64,000 bases of DNA from Rebecca billardiae RCC1528 (GCA_965240325.2 OZ251228.1:2356001-2420000); one strand, 5' to 3'. Positions 21,695 to 33,712 are shown, numbered from the stretch's first letter. Notes: generated from the sequence alone by a model not told the origin. A program made the numbers and translations.

Positions 21695-22627
21695 TCAATA
21701 ATTGAGGCCGGGCAATTTGGTGGGACACGTGACATGTTCCCGGCAGTCTGCATCGAGGGTATCGCGCAGCGCGCACTCGTCGTAGCAGTAGCAACAGGCG
21801 CACTCGACTCGGCCGAGCGCGTCATCGTCAGTGCACCCCACGGCCATCAACGCCGCCTTGCAAATATAGCCCGTACCTTCAGCTCGCGGACTCGAGTGCG
21901 ACCGGTGCCGAAGGTTGCCAATGCAGTGCGCGTTGCGCACTCGGGTGTGGGCTCTTGCAGGCGCTGGTGCGCGCTCGGTCAGTCCATCCATGCCGGCGCC
22001 CCGAAGGTAGGACATGGATGCGCAGAACCAAGAGCATCCCTTGGCCACAGTGTGCTCGAGGCCACATTCGTCGTAGCAGTAGCAACATGCGCACACAAGG
22101 CTCGCGCGCTGCTCGTCGGTTGCGCAGCCTGGCTGGGCCACAGCGCGCTGGCAGAGATGGCCGTTCCCGTCGCGAGTCGGATCTGGGGGTACCGCCTGCT
22201 TGCCAATGCACCATGGGTTGGCGAAAGGCGATGCAGGGCGTGCGCTTCTGAGCGTATGGGTTGCTCTGTGGGCTCTCGAGGCTCGCGAGCGGCACCTGGA
22301 CGCTACCGCCGCTTCGGCCCCGTCCGCTGCGGCGTGGCACGACTGGTCCTGTAGCTTGCACTCCTGCGCGCACGCGCCGTGTCTTTCATCGTCACACGCC
22401 GCCATGCACGCTGCCTTGTGGTCATCGCACTCGGCCTTGTACTGCTTGCCCTGAATCCTGCCAAGCTGGCGACACATGGCAGCGGCGGGGTCGTCGTGGC
22501 GAGCCCAGAGCGGTGGGGGCTGCAGGGACACGCCACCCGCCACGTACGCCACGGTCAGCGCGGCGGCGGCCACAGCAACCAGTGCGACCACCACCCCCAG
22601 CGCCGCCCTTGGAGCGGCAGCCGCCAT
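21695..22627 (-). CDS. Signal-anchored Cys-rich protein with a duplicated CACCYCYDEC domain
   Basis: N-terminal TM segment, a CxxxC-rich helical region, then two ~60-aa units each N.xCIG...G.G.xC......GC.......CACCYCYDEC.L..T....C. Confidence 0.7.
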   Translation of the reverse strand: MAAAAPRAALGVVVALVAVAAAALTVAYVAGGVSLQPPPLWARHDDPAAAMCRQLGRIQGKQYKAECDDHKAACMAACDDERHGACAQECKLQDQSCHAAADGAEAAVASRCRSRASRAHRATHTLRSARPASPFANPWCIGKQAVPPDPTRDGNGHLCQRAVAQPGCATDEQRASLVCACCYCYDECGLEHTVAKGCSWFCASMSYLRGAGMDGLTERAPAPARAHTRVRNAHCIGNLRHRSHSSPRAEGTGYICKAALMAVGCTDDDALGRVECACCYCYDECALRDTLDADCREHVTCPTKLPGLNY

Positions 22628-23344
22628 GCGCGAAAGGGCCGGACGCGGTCACGATTGACGATCCGGAAAAAGGCGCGCGAGAAGCCCATCATTATTTTCC
22701 GTTTGCTGTCCTTCGCAGTTCGCACCGCCTTCGCGCCGCCGACGCTCACGCAGAGAGATTAGGAGCTCACCGCGCGTAGGCTGGCGCGCATGATCATCAG
22801 ATGACAGTACCCGAGCACCGAAGACGTACAGTACGTATGATTGTCGCAGTGGTCATCTCTGGCTGCCCGCCTCAGCGGCGGCGGCCCGCGCGGCCGCGCC
22901 GGCGGCATCAGGCCGTGATCATCATCTGATCCCGTTCGGGTACTACTGATCCGCGTGATCCCGGGCGGCTGCAGCCGCTGATGCGCATCCTCAATGACTG
23001 CTGACCGCGGGGGTTGGGGCGTGGCGCTTCCTCTGCTCCTGCCCAAGGTCCCTCGCACACGTCCTGCCAACAGCCGGATGGGCTCGGCGTGCGGGCCGGT
23101 GCCGCCGCCGCCGCCCGCCGCACCCGCGGCTGCCATGTGGTGGCCTGAGGGCTGTGTGCTACGTGCGGCGAGCGAACAAGGGCAGTGCCGGCGACCCTTG
23201 CGGCGCGCGGTGGTGAGAAGGCTTCGCGCGAGCTTGGGCATGCTGGGTCGGCATCCATGCTCCTCACCGTTCACACCACATTCAACATCGTCACATCGAT
23301 GATGACAGAGCAGACTGGATTCTTCGTCAGCGCGTCGTTAGGTA

Positions 23345-25041
23345 CAGTTGATTAGGTTTGAACACGCACTCGGCTCAGGCAATGACAATATATATATATA
23401 TATATGGCGGGCCGTAGGTCCGCCCCTTGTAGTGCCCGGGAAAAAGATAAGAAAAAGAAAAGGAAAAAAGAAAATCGCCTCGCAAAGTAGAAAAGAAAAT
23501 CGCTTCGCTCACTACCGGGCGCCCTCGCAGCTCCCACTGGGGACGCTCGGCCGAAAACCATATGGCGCCTGGCGCGGAGCGCGTGGGCCGCGCGCGCCGA
23601 ATCCAACGCCGGTGCGGATATCGCGCGAGGATTCCCTAGACGAGTTTTCGCCCGATTCGCGATTGCTGCCCTCGTCGTCTCGCGTGCAGGTCGAACGGGG
23701 CCCAAATCGGACCGTTTGATGCGGTACGCTCGGCGCGTCGACACGATCGTGCGACTTGGGGCGATCCTCGCCCGACGTGCACGTCGAAAGCTCGCACCGG
23801 CCATAGCATCATGCGCTGCGCACGATGACCGCCTCGCGCGATCCACCGTCGCGCGTCGGGCTCGGTGCGAGAAAGCCCTCATCACGAGGCGTCTCGCGGG
23901 CGGGAAGCGCCATCGCACGCGACGCAAGATTTGGCGCGGCCTTCTGAACTCGATCGCCGGAATCCGCGCACCGGACTCAGTCCTCGCTCGCGGTCCGGTC
24001 CCTCAGACGAAGCCCACGTCCGGCCTGCATGGCGTCGACGGTGACCAATGCGACGGAAGCGCAGCGCCAACGGCGTACGACGCGCAGCGGACGCACCTCC
24101 CGGGTCTGTCGCCGTGGCAGCAACCGCGTCATCGCGAGTTGGCGACCCTCGCCGCAGCGCGACACAGACAAGCCCGTGATGCCATCTGCAGAGAGACGGG
24201 ACGTCGAGCATGCAACATCGCCGCGCCATCCTCGTCCATGGCGCAGGCGCTGCGGGACGAGGCGGACGTCGTCACGCCGGTGACGGATGCGCTGCGAATC
24301 GTGTGTTTGCTCGAGCAGCTCGTGCCCGCTCTCGATCGCGAGTGGCACACGCTGTCGCTGTGCGCGCGCGCGCACAACCAACAGCTCCTTGTGCCGCCGA
24401 ACACGCAGGCGCCAGACCTGTCGCACGAGGCGAAGAGCGACGACCGCGCGAACGTCAACGCGCTCGTGCTCAGCGTGGCAGCCGTGCACGACGCCAACGC
24501 GACCTGCGCCGAGCCCATCATGCCCGGAGCAGACATCGGCAAGCATCCTCGCGACGACCGCTCTCGGCTGGCGGCAGGAGGACATGCACATGATCTACTC
24601 TGGCGGCTTCGTCGGCGGCGAGGCGCTCGATTACGCCATCGCGGTCGAGATGCGGCACATACAGTGCGTACCCGCGCTCGCGCGGAGCAACGGGCTACCC
24701 GCCCCGCCCCGCGCGCTGCACATTCCCTCGTGGGTGTGGGCCTCGCTGATGCGCATAAGAGTACAGACTGAGACGTGTCACACGTCGGGGAGCCAACTTC
24801 ACGTGTCATCACTGCTCCTGTCCGTAACCCACGGCCACGAGCGAATGTGGAAAGACGCGAACCCGCAAAGGATACATTGCGACAGCACTGGCACGGCCCG
24901 CCGACTCCCCCGCCCGCCAGGGCACAGTTTATATATATATATGATAATCAGACTCGCAGAGCCCTAGTTTCTTCTGATATCACAATTGAAATGGGGTAGT
25001 ATGATGATCAACCAAGTGTGACGTTAAAGCATAGTAAACTG
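23345..25041. mobile_element. Non-autonomous TIR DNA transposon, TA-flanked (Tc1/mariner-like CAGT...ACTG ends)
   Basis: Left end TA|cagttgattaggtttgaacacgcactcgg and right end ccaagtgtgacgttaaagcatagtaaactg|TA form an imperfect ~30-bp inverted repeat. Internal (TA)n near both ends. The right-end motif recurs at 41.0, 44.1, 51.1, 51.6 and 55.5 kb. Confidence 0.6.
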
Positions 25042-25306
25042 TACCCGCTGGCTTCGTGCACCTTCGCTTCAAGTATGCAAACACACCGTTTCCCTACCAT
25101 GCGTACTTAACTCCTTTTTGAACGGTCTAAATGGTCTAAATGGCTGATGAAATCAGTGGGTGATGGGTAATATGATGAACAGCAGATAGTATCTTCGCAG
25201 GCTGGAACCGCCTTCGTCAAAACCCGTCAATCCGACGGAACCAACTCGCCGCGAAACCCGTCATCTCCACGCCAGGCATCTCCGTGATCGCCCACTGTGT
25301 TCCGAA

Positions 25307-28300
25307 ATGCTGTGGGTGGACGCGAGTCCGCCGGGCAGGCCCGTCCGATCGCCCGGCTCGAAGCCCAACGGCAGCGCACACCACGACGTGCGCCATGACA
25401 TGTCGATCCTCACGGGTCGGCTGCGCTCGGCTGAGCTCAACCGCGTGTGCGAGGATCTAATCGCGCTGCACGACGGCGCGCTCTTCATTGGCGTGCAGCT
25501 GCTGGTGGTGCTCGCGTCCATCAGTCTGAGCATCCTTGAGCCATTCGCATGGGTGTACTCGAATGGTCTCGACTCACTCGATGCCACGCACATCGTGGCC
25601 TCGGCTGCGCCGCTCGCGTCTGGCGTCGCGCGCGTGGCGGTCCTTCTTCTCTACAGGAGTGGCCGCGTGAAGCGCGGCCTGCTCGACCGCGTGGTGCTGC
25701 TCGACGTCCTCGTCCGCGCGGTGGAGCGACAGATGTTCCTCATCCCCCGCAGCCGCGAGAGCGGCGACGTGCACGCCGAGATCAGCAGCGCGCTCGAGCT
25801 GGCGCTCGCCCCGCTCGAGGTCGGCATCTGCGCGCGGTACGCGCTCGTGCACCCCGCGCTCGCCGCCGTGCTGCTCGGCCAGCTGGCGCTGCTGATGGTC
25901 AGCCTGTACGACGAGGACGCGTGGGGCGGCGGGACGCGCGACTCGTACCTGCTCGTCCCGGGCATGCGGGGCGAGGTGCCCGTGATGGTGTGCGCGCTGC
26001 TCAGCCTGCCGTGCCTGCTGCACCTCGAGCTCGTGCGCCGCGCCGGCTTCCTGCACGCGCTGTGGCTGCAGGCGCTGCGCGCGGAGGTGAGCCACTTCGG
26101 GCTGAACCACCTCTACCACGCCACCTCCGAGCTCGACGAGCTCGCCGAGCACGTGCGCGCCTCGCCGCCCGCCTCGTCGTCGTGGCTCGTGCCGCGGCTC
26201 GAGATTGCGGGCGAGCAGGTGGAGCAGGTGGCGCAGATGCTCAAGCTGATCGTGGACGACACGGACGAGATGAGCGACGCGAAGACGTCGCTCACCTCGG
26301 TCGTCGCGCTGTCGCACTTCGCCGCGCTCCTCTTCCGCGGCGTCAACCATAGCGTCAACGAGGAGGCCAAGGAGCTGCACGCGCGCGTGCCCGCGTGGGT
26401 CGCGCGCAATTTTGCGGCGGACGCGCTCTCGCACGCGCGCCGGCACACGCAGGGCGCGCTCAACTGCGAGCTCGCGGTGCTGAGCGGGGAGGCGGCCTCG
26501 GCAGCCACCGCGCGCGGCGCGGCAGGTGGCCAGTCCGCGCCGGCCACGCACATCCTGCGCTCGCGACATTCACCGCCCACGCAGGCGGCTCCAGGGCCAC
26601 CGCTGCGCACGATGACCTCGTCAGCCGCTGCTGTCGCGCCGGCCGCGCCGGTCACGCTGCTCGCGCTGCGCGTGACGTACGACACCGGCGGGGTGGACAT
26701 CGGCCTGAGCGCGTACTCGGGCGGCTCGGAGGGGCTCGTCGTGCACTCGGCCGCCGGCTGCGAGTCCCCGAAAGCCCCCGCGGGCAGGCGCAGCGGCAAG
26801 CTGCCGCGCCGCTTCTCGACGAGCTGCAGCCTGCCGCGTGCGCTGCGCTGGGCGCTGCCGGCAGCGGCGCGCGCCGCGCGGCTCGGCGGCAACGTGGTGC
26901 TCCGACAGGACAGCGCGTGCGTGACGGCGACGCTCGAGCTGCTGGTGCCGGTCGACGTGGCGACAAAGCCAGCGCCACTGCCGCACGTGCAGCAACCTCT
27001 CGCACTCGACGAGCGCGCGGGCCCCTCTCGGCTCGGCTCGGCTCGGCTCGGCTCGGCCGGCAACATCCTGATGGCCGTGCGCCGCTCGCTCCAGCACGCC
27101 TCGAACGTGATCCCGCTGGCAGGCGGCAGCCTCTTCTCCTCCTCGAGCACGGAAGAGTCGCGGCGGGTGTCCGCCGAGCGCAGCTTCGGCCCGGCGGCCG
27201 GCCGGCGCGGCCGATCTGGCAGCATCTGGGAAGCCGACCGCGCATCGCGCCGCAAGGGCCGATTCAGCGGCCTCAGGACGTCTGCCCGCATCTCCGGCCA
27301 GCGCCCATCCCGCATCTCTGCCCCAGCCTATGTGCCATCGGCCCCGCGGAAGCAAGGGCTGCGCGGGCAAGCTTCGGCGGACACGTCCGCCAGCGCCTCG
27401 CGTGCGCCCTCACGCCGCAGCTCGTTGCCCAGCGAGACGCACCTCTCGGTGGCGGCCGCTCACGCCGCAGGGCCCGGTGGCGCTCGCAGCTCTGATGCCG
27501 ACGAGCTGCCTGAGTGGCTGCGGATGTTGCCTCCGGGCCAGGGGAACGGCCTGCCGCTCTCGCCGCAGGCGCTCGCAGATCGCTTCGAGGAAATCGACTC
27601 GGCCTCGAACTCGCGCGGCGCGAGCGGTGGCACTCGAGCGGCGCAACCGGCCGAGCCACCGCCCGCCCACCCGCCGGGTGCCGTTGCCGTTCTGGATGCC
27701 GACGCGCATGCCACGCCGCCCGCGCAGCCGGCCAAGCAGGCTGCATCGTGCGCGAGGCAGCTGCTCCCGCTGGGGATGCCCCCGGTGCTGGGGCTCTCGG
27801 CTGCCGCCGTGCCCGAGGCTGCCGCGTCCTCGCCGCCCGAGCCGCAGCCCGCCAAGCTCCCGCACACCGTCACCGGGCGCAACGCGGATGCAGCCTTCCG
27901 CGCGGTGCGCGCCGACGAGGCGCGCGCGCGCATTCTGGTCGTGCTCGACAACAACCTGGACCCGCCGTCGTTCGACGGCAAGATCTCGGGCGCGGAGGTG
28001 GCGCGGCAGCTGCACGAAATGCGCTCCGAGGACGTGACGGTGGTGATGCACACGGGCGCCTCGCCGGCGGAGCTGCACGCGCTGCTCGAGGCGGGCGTGG
28101 CGGACGACGTGACGGTCAAGGACCGCGCGGGGCGCGAGCGAATCTGCAGCCTGTGCGCGCAGCACGACCTCTGCGTCTTCGTCGACGACATGCCGTTCGT
28201 GCTCTTCGCGCTGCAGGCCGCCATCGAGCGGACCGCGTACGGGCGCGGCGTGCCGCCAGCGGGCGCTCAGCCCGAGGCCGCCGAGCCAGGCGCGGCGGGG

Positions 28301-28432
28301 GCGCCGCCAGCCGCCCGCGCCACCAACTTGAGCATGCGGTACGCGATGCTCACTGAGCAGCCCGACCTCGAGCTGCTCTTCGCCATCTGCCGGCGCGAGA
28401 AGACGTTCGACGACAATGTGCTCTTCTGGTGA
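25307..28432 (+). CDS. Membrane protein with degenerate histidine-kinase and receiver-like domains
   Basis: N-terminal TM helices, AEVSHFGLNHL (H-box-like), VARNFAADAL (N-box-like) and LGGNVVL..TATLEL (HATPase end, no GxGLG). Receiver core LVVLDNN..SGAEVARQL..VVMHTG..AGVADDVTVK. Confidence 0.72.
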   Translation: MLWVDASPPGRPVRSPGSKPNGSAHHDVRHDMSILTGRLRSAELNRVCEDLIALHDGALFIGVQLLVVLASISLSILEPFAWVYSNGLDSLDATHIVASAAPLASGVARVAVLLLYRSGRVKRGLLDRVVLLDVLVRAVERQMFLIPRSRESGDVHAEISSALELALAPLEVGICARYALVHPALAAVLLGQLALLMVSLYDEDAWGGGTRDSYLLVPGMRGEVPVMVCALLSLPCLLHLELVRRAGFLHALWLQALRAEVSHFGLNHLYHATSELDELAEHVRASPPASSSWLVPRLEIAGEQVEQVAQMLKLIVDDTDEMSDAKTSLTSVVALSHFAALLFRGVNHSVNEEAKELHARVPAWVARNFAADALSHARRHTQGALNCELAVLSGEAASAATARGAAGGQSAPATHILRSRHSPPTQAAPGPPLRTMTSSAAAVAPAAPVTLLALRVTYDTGGVDIGLSAYSGGSEGLVVHSAAGCESPKAPAGRRSGKLPRRFSTSCSLPRALRWALPAAARAARLGGNVVLRQDSACVTATLELLVPVDVATKPAPLPHVQQPLALDERAGPSRLGSARLGSAGNILMAVRRSLQHASNVIPLAGGSLFSSSSTEESRRVSAERSFGPAAGRRGRSGSIWEADRASRRKGRFSGLRTSARISGQRPSRISAPAYVPSAPRKQGLRGQASADTSASASRAPSRRSSLPSETHLSVAAAHAAGPGGARSSDADELPEWLRMLPPGQGNGLPLSPQALADRFEEIDSASNSRGASGGTRAAQPAEPPPAHPPGAVAVLDADAHATPPAQPAKQAASCARQLLPLGMPPVLGLSAAAVPEAAASSPPEPQPAKLPHTVTGRNADAAFRAVRADEARARILVVLDNNLDPPSFDGKISGAEVARQLHEMRSEDVTVVMHTGASPAELHALLEAGVADDVTVKDRAGRERICSLCAQHDLCVFVDDMPFVLFALQAAIERTAYGRGVPPAGAQPEAAEPGAAGAPPAARATNLSMRYAMLTEQPDLELLFAICRREKTFDDNVLFW

Positions 28433-28880
28433 CGCGCATGGTCAGTCATGTGGTCGGCACGGCGTTGTCGCGGTTATCATCGGCTCTGGCTTCGGTTGAC
28501 CCCCCTAAGCAGTCCGGTCACTGGAGCGTTACATCTTGACATGGATATCGGCGGGATCGCGCCGCCTCTGATGATCTACAATATCGCTCCTAGACCACCC
28601 CAGGCGGTCCCTTGGACGACGATATGACTACGGCCAGATATATATGCTGGATTACATCCGAGCCAAACCTCCCTGAGTGTCACTGTCGACGTGAGCAGTA
28701 GACAGAGTAGTAGTACTACTACTAGTAGCATCATCACTTTGACACTTATACAATGCCGTACGGACCCTGTCGTCGTCAGGGCGCGGTCTGACGCCAAGCT
28801 CGGCCACTAAGCTACTATTGCCTATATTGGCAGAGTCATCGTCGCGTCATCATCACTCATTAAAATCGTAATCGTCATCA

Positions 28881-31800
28881 TCATCGACTGCGCAGTGCGC
28901 TGGTTGGAGCGCGGCCATGCTCGATGTCGTCGACAGCGGCGGTGGTGGAGACGTTCGACGATGAGCTGTCCTCGTGCTGAGCAGACGTCGAGCCAGCATC
29001 GTCGTGCGCGCTCAGGGCCCTGCCGCCGCCTTTGGGCTCGGCGTCGTCCACGACATGGTGAATGTCGATCACAAACGGCGAGTCGCCAGTTCGCGTCCGG
29101 GTGGGTGTGGGCTGCCTAGCCTCGAGCGCTTGCTGGATGAGCGCGATGATCGAGCTGACGCCCTCGCTCGACTTGTCCGCGCACATGTCCAGCCCCGCCG
29201 CCTCGAACGCCTCTCGATCCTCGGAGCCGCGCGGGTCGCCCGTCAGGCCGATGATGAGCGCCTCGCACCCGTCGGAGCGCAGCTGCCTGGCCACGTCCGT
29301 GCCCGTGAGCTTGGGCATCTGGTTGTCGAGCACGACCACGTCGTACGGCGCGGCGGCGCTCTGCACGCGCTCCAGCGCCTCGAGGCCGTTCGAGGCGAGG
29401 TCGTACGGCACGCCGATCGCGCCGAAGAGCTGCTCGGACATGGTGAGCTGCAGGAACGGGTCGTCCTCCGCGTACAGGCAGCGGCCGAGGCTCGGGCGCT
29501 GCTGAGCCGGCTCGGGCGACTCGGCCGGCGGCGGCTGGGGAGCGAGCACGGCGCCGGGCAGCGTCAGCGCCTGGGGCGCGTCGCCCTGCGCTCGCGCGCT
29601 CGGCTCGTGCGGATTGGAGGAGGGGGCGTCCGCCCTGCTCGGCGCTGGCGAGGCCGCCGTCAGCACGCTGGTCACCTCGTCGTCGCCCTCGGCCTCGCCG
29701 CTCGCCAGCTGGGTTGCAAACGCGTGCACGAGGCCAGCGACCGCCTCGAGCCCCTTCGCGTCCTTCCGCATGACCGCGTTGCACCCCGCCGCCTCAAAGT
29801 CGCGCCGCTCGGGGCTGCCCTCCGGGTCGCCGGAGAGTCCGATCACCTTGCCCGCGTACCCCGCCTTGCGCAGCGAGCGCGAGCACTGCGCGCCGGACAT
29901 CCTCGGCATGTGCGAGTCAATCACGATGAGCGCGGGCACCGGCTGGCCGCCGTCGCGCACGCGCGCGAGCAGCGCCTCGCCGCCCGCGAACACTTGGAAG
30001 GGCAGCGGGCCGAAGAGGCGCGGCGGGAGGCTCTTGCGCAGCGCGTCGTCGTCGTCGACGAGCGCGAGCGAGAAGTCGGAGGGCAGCTGCAGCAGCGCCT
30101 CCCGCAGCTGCCTGGCGCGAATCAGCCCGTCCTCGGCGAACCTGCGCCGCCTGAGTGGCGAGCTGCTCCGGTCAGGCCGGCGCAGCCGGAGCAGCAGCTC
30201 GGCGGTCGTGCCGTAGCCCAGCCCGTCCGAGCTGAGGCGCAGCTCGGAGCCGTCGTGCAGCTCGAGCAGCTGGCGCGTGATGCTGAGGCCCAGCCCCGCG
30301 CCGCCGTGACCCTGCGGCGCCGCGGTCGGCGAGGCGCGAGGACACGGCACGGGCGCACGGACGAGCGCGCGCGTAAGCTCACTCTGCGTCTGAGCGGGGC
30401 GGGCGCTCGCGCTCGGCGCACGACGCATCGCGCGCTCGCCCGCCCCCGGCTGGCTCGCGCCCGGCTCGTGACGGCGCGCGCGCGAGGCGCACCTGGAGCT
30501 GACCCTTGCCAACCTGCGTGAAGAGCTCGGAGCCGTGGTGTCGTTCGATCTCTTCCGCCGTGAGCCCGACGCCGTCGTCCACCACCTTGACGCTCACGTG
30601 CACGAGCTCGACGGCGCCCGGCTCGGATGCGGTCGGCGGCGTGCGCGCCCACTCGCCATCACCAGCAGGTGATATGGAGATGCTCACGTTGCCGCCGCGG
30701 TCGGTGAACTTGAGCGCGTTGGAGACCAGGCTGTTCACGCACTGCTGCAGCCGGCGCGCGTCGCCCGCGAGCGTCTGCTCGAGCAGCGGAAGCTCGACGT
30801 GCGTGGCGAGCGTGATGCCCCGTGCCTCCGCCAGGTCGATGAAGGCGCAGTGCGCGGTGTCGACCAGCTGCGCGACATGGAAAGCCTCGCGCACGAGCAC
30901 CAGCCGGCCGCTGGCCACGCGCTCAAAGTCGAGCATGTCCGAGATCTGCGCAGTGCGGGCGGACGGCCACGGCGTGCGGCTGGTCACGTGGGCGGGGCTC
31001 GAGCGCCCAGGCGCGCCCACGTGCGGCGTGCGCGAGCGAGCACGCAGCCGCGGCCCGGGCGCACAGAAGAGCGAGAGCGCACGGCTCGTCGCGCACGCAC
31101 GCGCGGTACGGATGGATGGCTGCACGGGCACACGGGCGCGCGCGCGCGCACGATGTTCTCCATCATCTTGGAGCACACGGAGAGTGTGGAGAATGTCTGC
31201 TGCACGCTCGGGTCACCCGTCGGCACCGTGTGTGCGGCGCGCTTGAGCCTCTCGACCGAGCTCACCACCGCGAGCAGCGGGCTGCGCAGGTCGTGCATCA
31301 CGACGCGGATGAGCCGGACGTGCGCCTGCGCGGCAGCCTCGCGCTTCTCCTGCTCCGCCGCCTCGCGGAGGGCGGCCTGCTCGGCATCGGCCACCTCCCG
31401 GTCCCGGACCGCGCGCTCGGCGGCGGCAGCCTCGACCGAGCGGTAGAAGTCGTACGCCCGACGGCGGATCAGGTTGAGCGTGATGGAGACGAAGCAGGTG
31501 AGGGCGGAGAAGGCGCTCACCTCGATGATTGTGACGATGCGATTGGCCCATTGCCAGCGCTCGTCTGGGCAGCCGTGTGCCGTGCTGCAGCTCATCCCGA
31601 GGTACATGCGCGCGATGAGCACGGACACGGCAAACTGGCCGACGAGCAGCCCGAACGTGCGCGCGCGCAGCGGCGTGACGATCACGATCAGCACGAGCAC
31701 GCACTGCTGCTGCAGGAAGATGTTCCAAAAGTCCCCGAGCAGCTGCGCGGCGAGCTTGTCGCTGTCGTCGTCCAGCCAGCCGAGGACGCCGCCGTAGCCG

Positions 31801-32231
31801 AGCATCGTGAGGCCGGCTATCACGCCGTACAGCAGCGCGAAGAGCCATTCGAGCGAGCACGTCGCCAACCGACCGTGCGCGGCCGCTCGCGAGGCCACGA
31901 GCAGCGCGGCCCAGAACACGCACGCGACCGACATGAAGACGCGGCTCTCGACGTTGGGGTGCGCCGAGGTGAACACCTCGATCGGGATGTACACCATCAT
32001 GATGACGCAGAAGAAGAGCGCCATCACGGTGCACCGCCGAGGGAGGCTCTCTGCCACCTCGTCGCGCATGTAGCTCGCCTCGAGCGCGCCATCGGCAAAC
32101 TCGCCAAACCAGAGGATGCGCGCGCTCGTGTGCGAGGCGAACCGCTCACGCCCTGCCGGCTTGCGCGGCTTGATGAGCGAGCGCCCAATCGTCGACAGCC
32201 TATCCGCTGACAGGGCGTGCGAGTAGGACAT
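28881..32231 (-). CDS. Membrane hybrid sensor histidine kinase with two receiver domains, exons 32231-31152, 30945-30493, 30311-28881
   Basis: About 6 TM helices, H-box VMHDLRSPL, N-box NSLVSNALKFT, G1 VVDDGVG and G2 GAGLGLSI. REC1 LVDDD..VIDSHMP..RK and REC2 YAEDD..VLDNQMP..DK. GT-AG introns 30946-31151 and 30312-30492 restore the frame. Confidence 0.93.
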
Positions 32232-32768
32232 TCTCGATTCGGGCCCGCCCAGCCCGCTGTCGGCGTGTCGGGGGGTTTTCGGCCGCAGGCCGTGGGCAGC
32301 AAGCTTCTCCAGCTTCCGCAGTCCGTCGTCAAAGTTCCAAGCAGGGCATCGTCAAGGTCTTGAGAAGATGCGCCACGGCTTGTATTAGCGGGCCTATCGG
32401 GCGAGTCAGGTACGATTGTATTGATCAATTGTTCAATATGGACATGAATCAAAGTTCATGACCTACTCATTTCGTCAGTGGGTACCGTAGGTGTCGTCGT
32501 CGTCGTAAGACGTTTTCCATCGGCGAAGAATTCCTTGCGGCTTTGATAAGTACGGCTAGGGGCCCGAACGAATATAGACCTTCGGCGCTCAAAATCATCA
32601 GACGACGACAGCATTCCCTAAGTAACAATAATGGAGCCACCAATTCCCAAGTTCAGACTTCGTCAATCACGGTACTTTGTACACTACTTTCGGCAGAGTC
32701 CGGAGCCACCCACGGTCCTGGTGGCTAGGGCGGGTCCGGACGCCCTCCACGTGTTGCGCGTCATCAGG

Positions 32769-33712
32769 ATGTCGGCGACCACAAGGGTACTGCTGCTGGC
32801 GTGTGCAACGTCGCTGCTCGTACTGAGCCGCGCGGACGCGGACGGCGCCGGCGCTGAGGCGGAGGGTGGGGCCGAGGCCGAGGGCTACGGCGACTATGAC
32901 AGCCAGTTCCAGGCGGAGGACGCCGCGCCAAAGGTGACCTCACACCCGGACGTGAAGGTGGAGTCTGTGTTTGCCAACTTCCCGAGCGAGCGGTTCCCGA
33001 TGGGCGAGGATGCGCAGGTGCTCGTCGGCCTCGTGAACTCGGGCGGCAAGACGTTCAACCTGTCCGCCGTCACGGGCTCGCTCAACTCGCCGCACGACTT
33101 CAGCTTCACCGTGCAGAACGTGCGCACGCCGCGCATGCCGTGCGCTGCTCGCGCGCGCACACGCGCGGCGGCGCGATCGCCCACCCTCGTCGCCCCCCGT
33201 GCCCCCTTGCGCGCGGCGGCGCTCGGAACGCGGCATGCCGACCACCCGCGCAGTTCACCGTCCTGCAGCCCGGCATCGCTCTTCGGCCCAAAGACCAGCG
33301 CTCGGTGCTGTACACATTCACGCCCGACGCGCGCCTCGAGGCGATGAAGTTCCAGCTCTGCCTGTACGCCGAGTACACGGACGAGTCGGGGGCGGCGTTC
33401 ACGAGCGTGTTCTACAACGCGACCATCCCCATCATCGAGAGCTCGCGCGAAACGAGCGCAAAGATCATGTTCGTCCTCTTCCTGCTCTCGCTCATCGCCG
33501 CCGGCGTCGGCATCAAGCTCTACCTCGTCTGGTCGGCGCGCGAGCAGAAGAAGAAGAAGAAGGCGAAGAAGGCGGAGGCAGAGGCCGCCGCGAGTGTGAA
33601 GTCGGAGGACGAGATCAAGGCGGAATGGCTGGCCGGCGTGGTGCCCGGCTCCAAGAAGGAGAAGAAGGGCGGTGGAAGCGGCGGCTCAAAGCCGCGCACC
33701 AAGAAGGCGTGA
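32769..33712 (+). CDS. SSR1: Translocon-associated protein alpha (TRAP-alpha), exons 32769-33119, 33254-33712
   Basis: Signal peptide, acidic N-terminus, HPDV..VF, LVGLVNSG..FN, GSLNSPHDFSFTVQN|FT, VFYNATI, single TM, Lys-rich tail with EWL. 134-nt intron. Confidence 0.88.

Noticed and set aside
23425-23520. CACTA-type termini (cttgtagtg, cactac)
   Set aside because: The motifs face outward with no matching partner or 3-bp TSD; probably chance.
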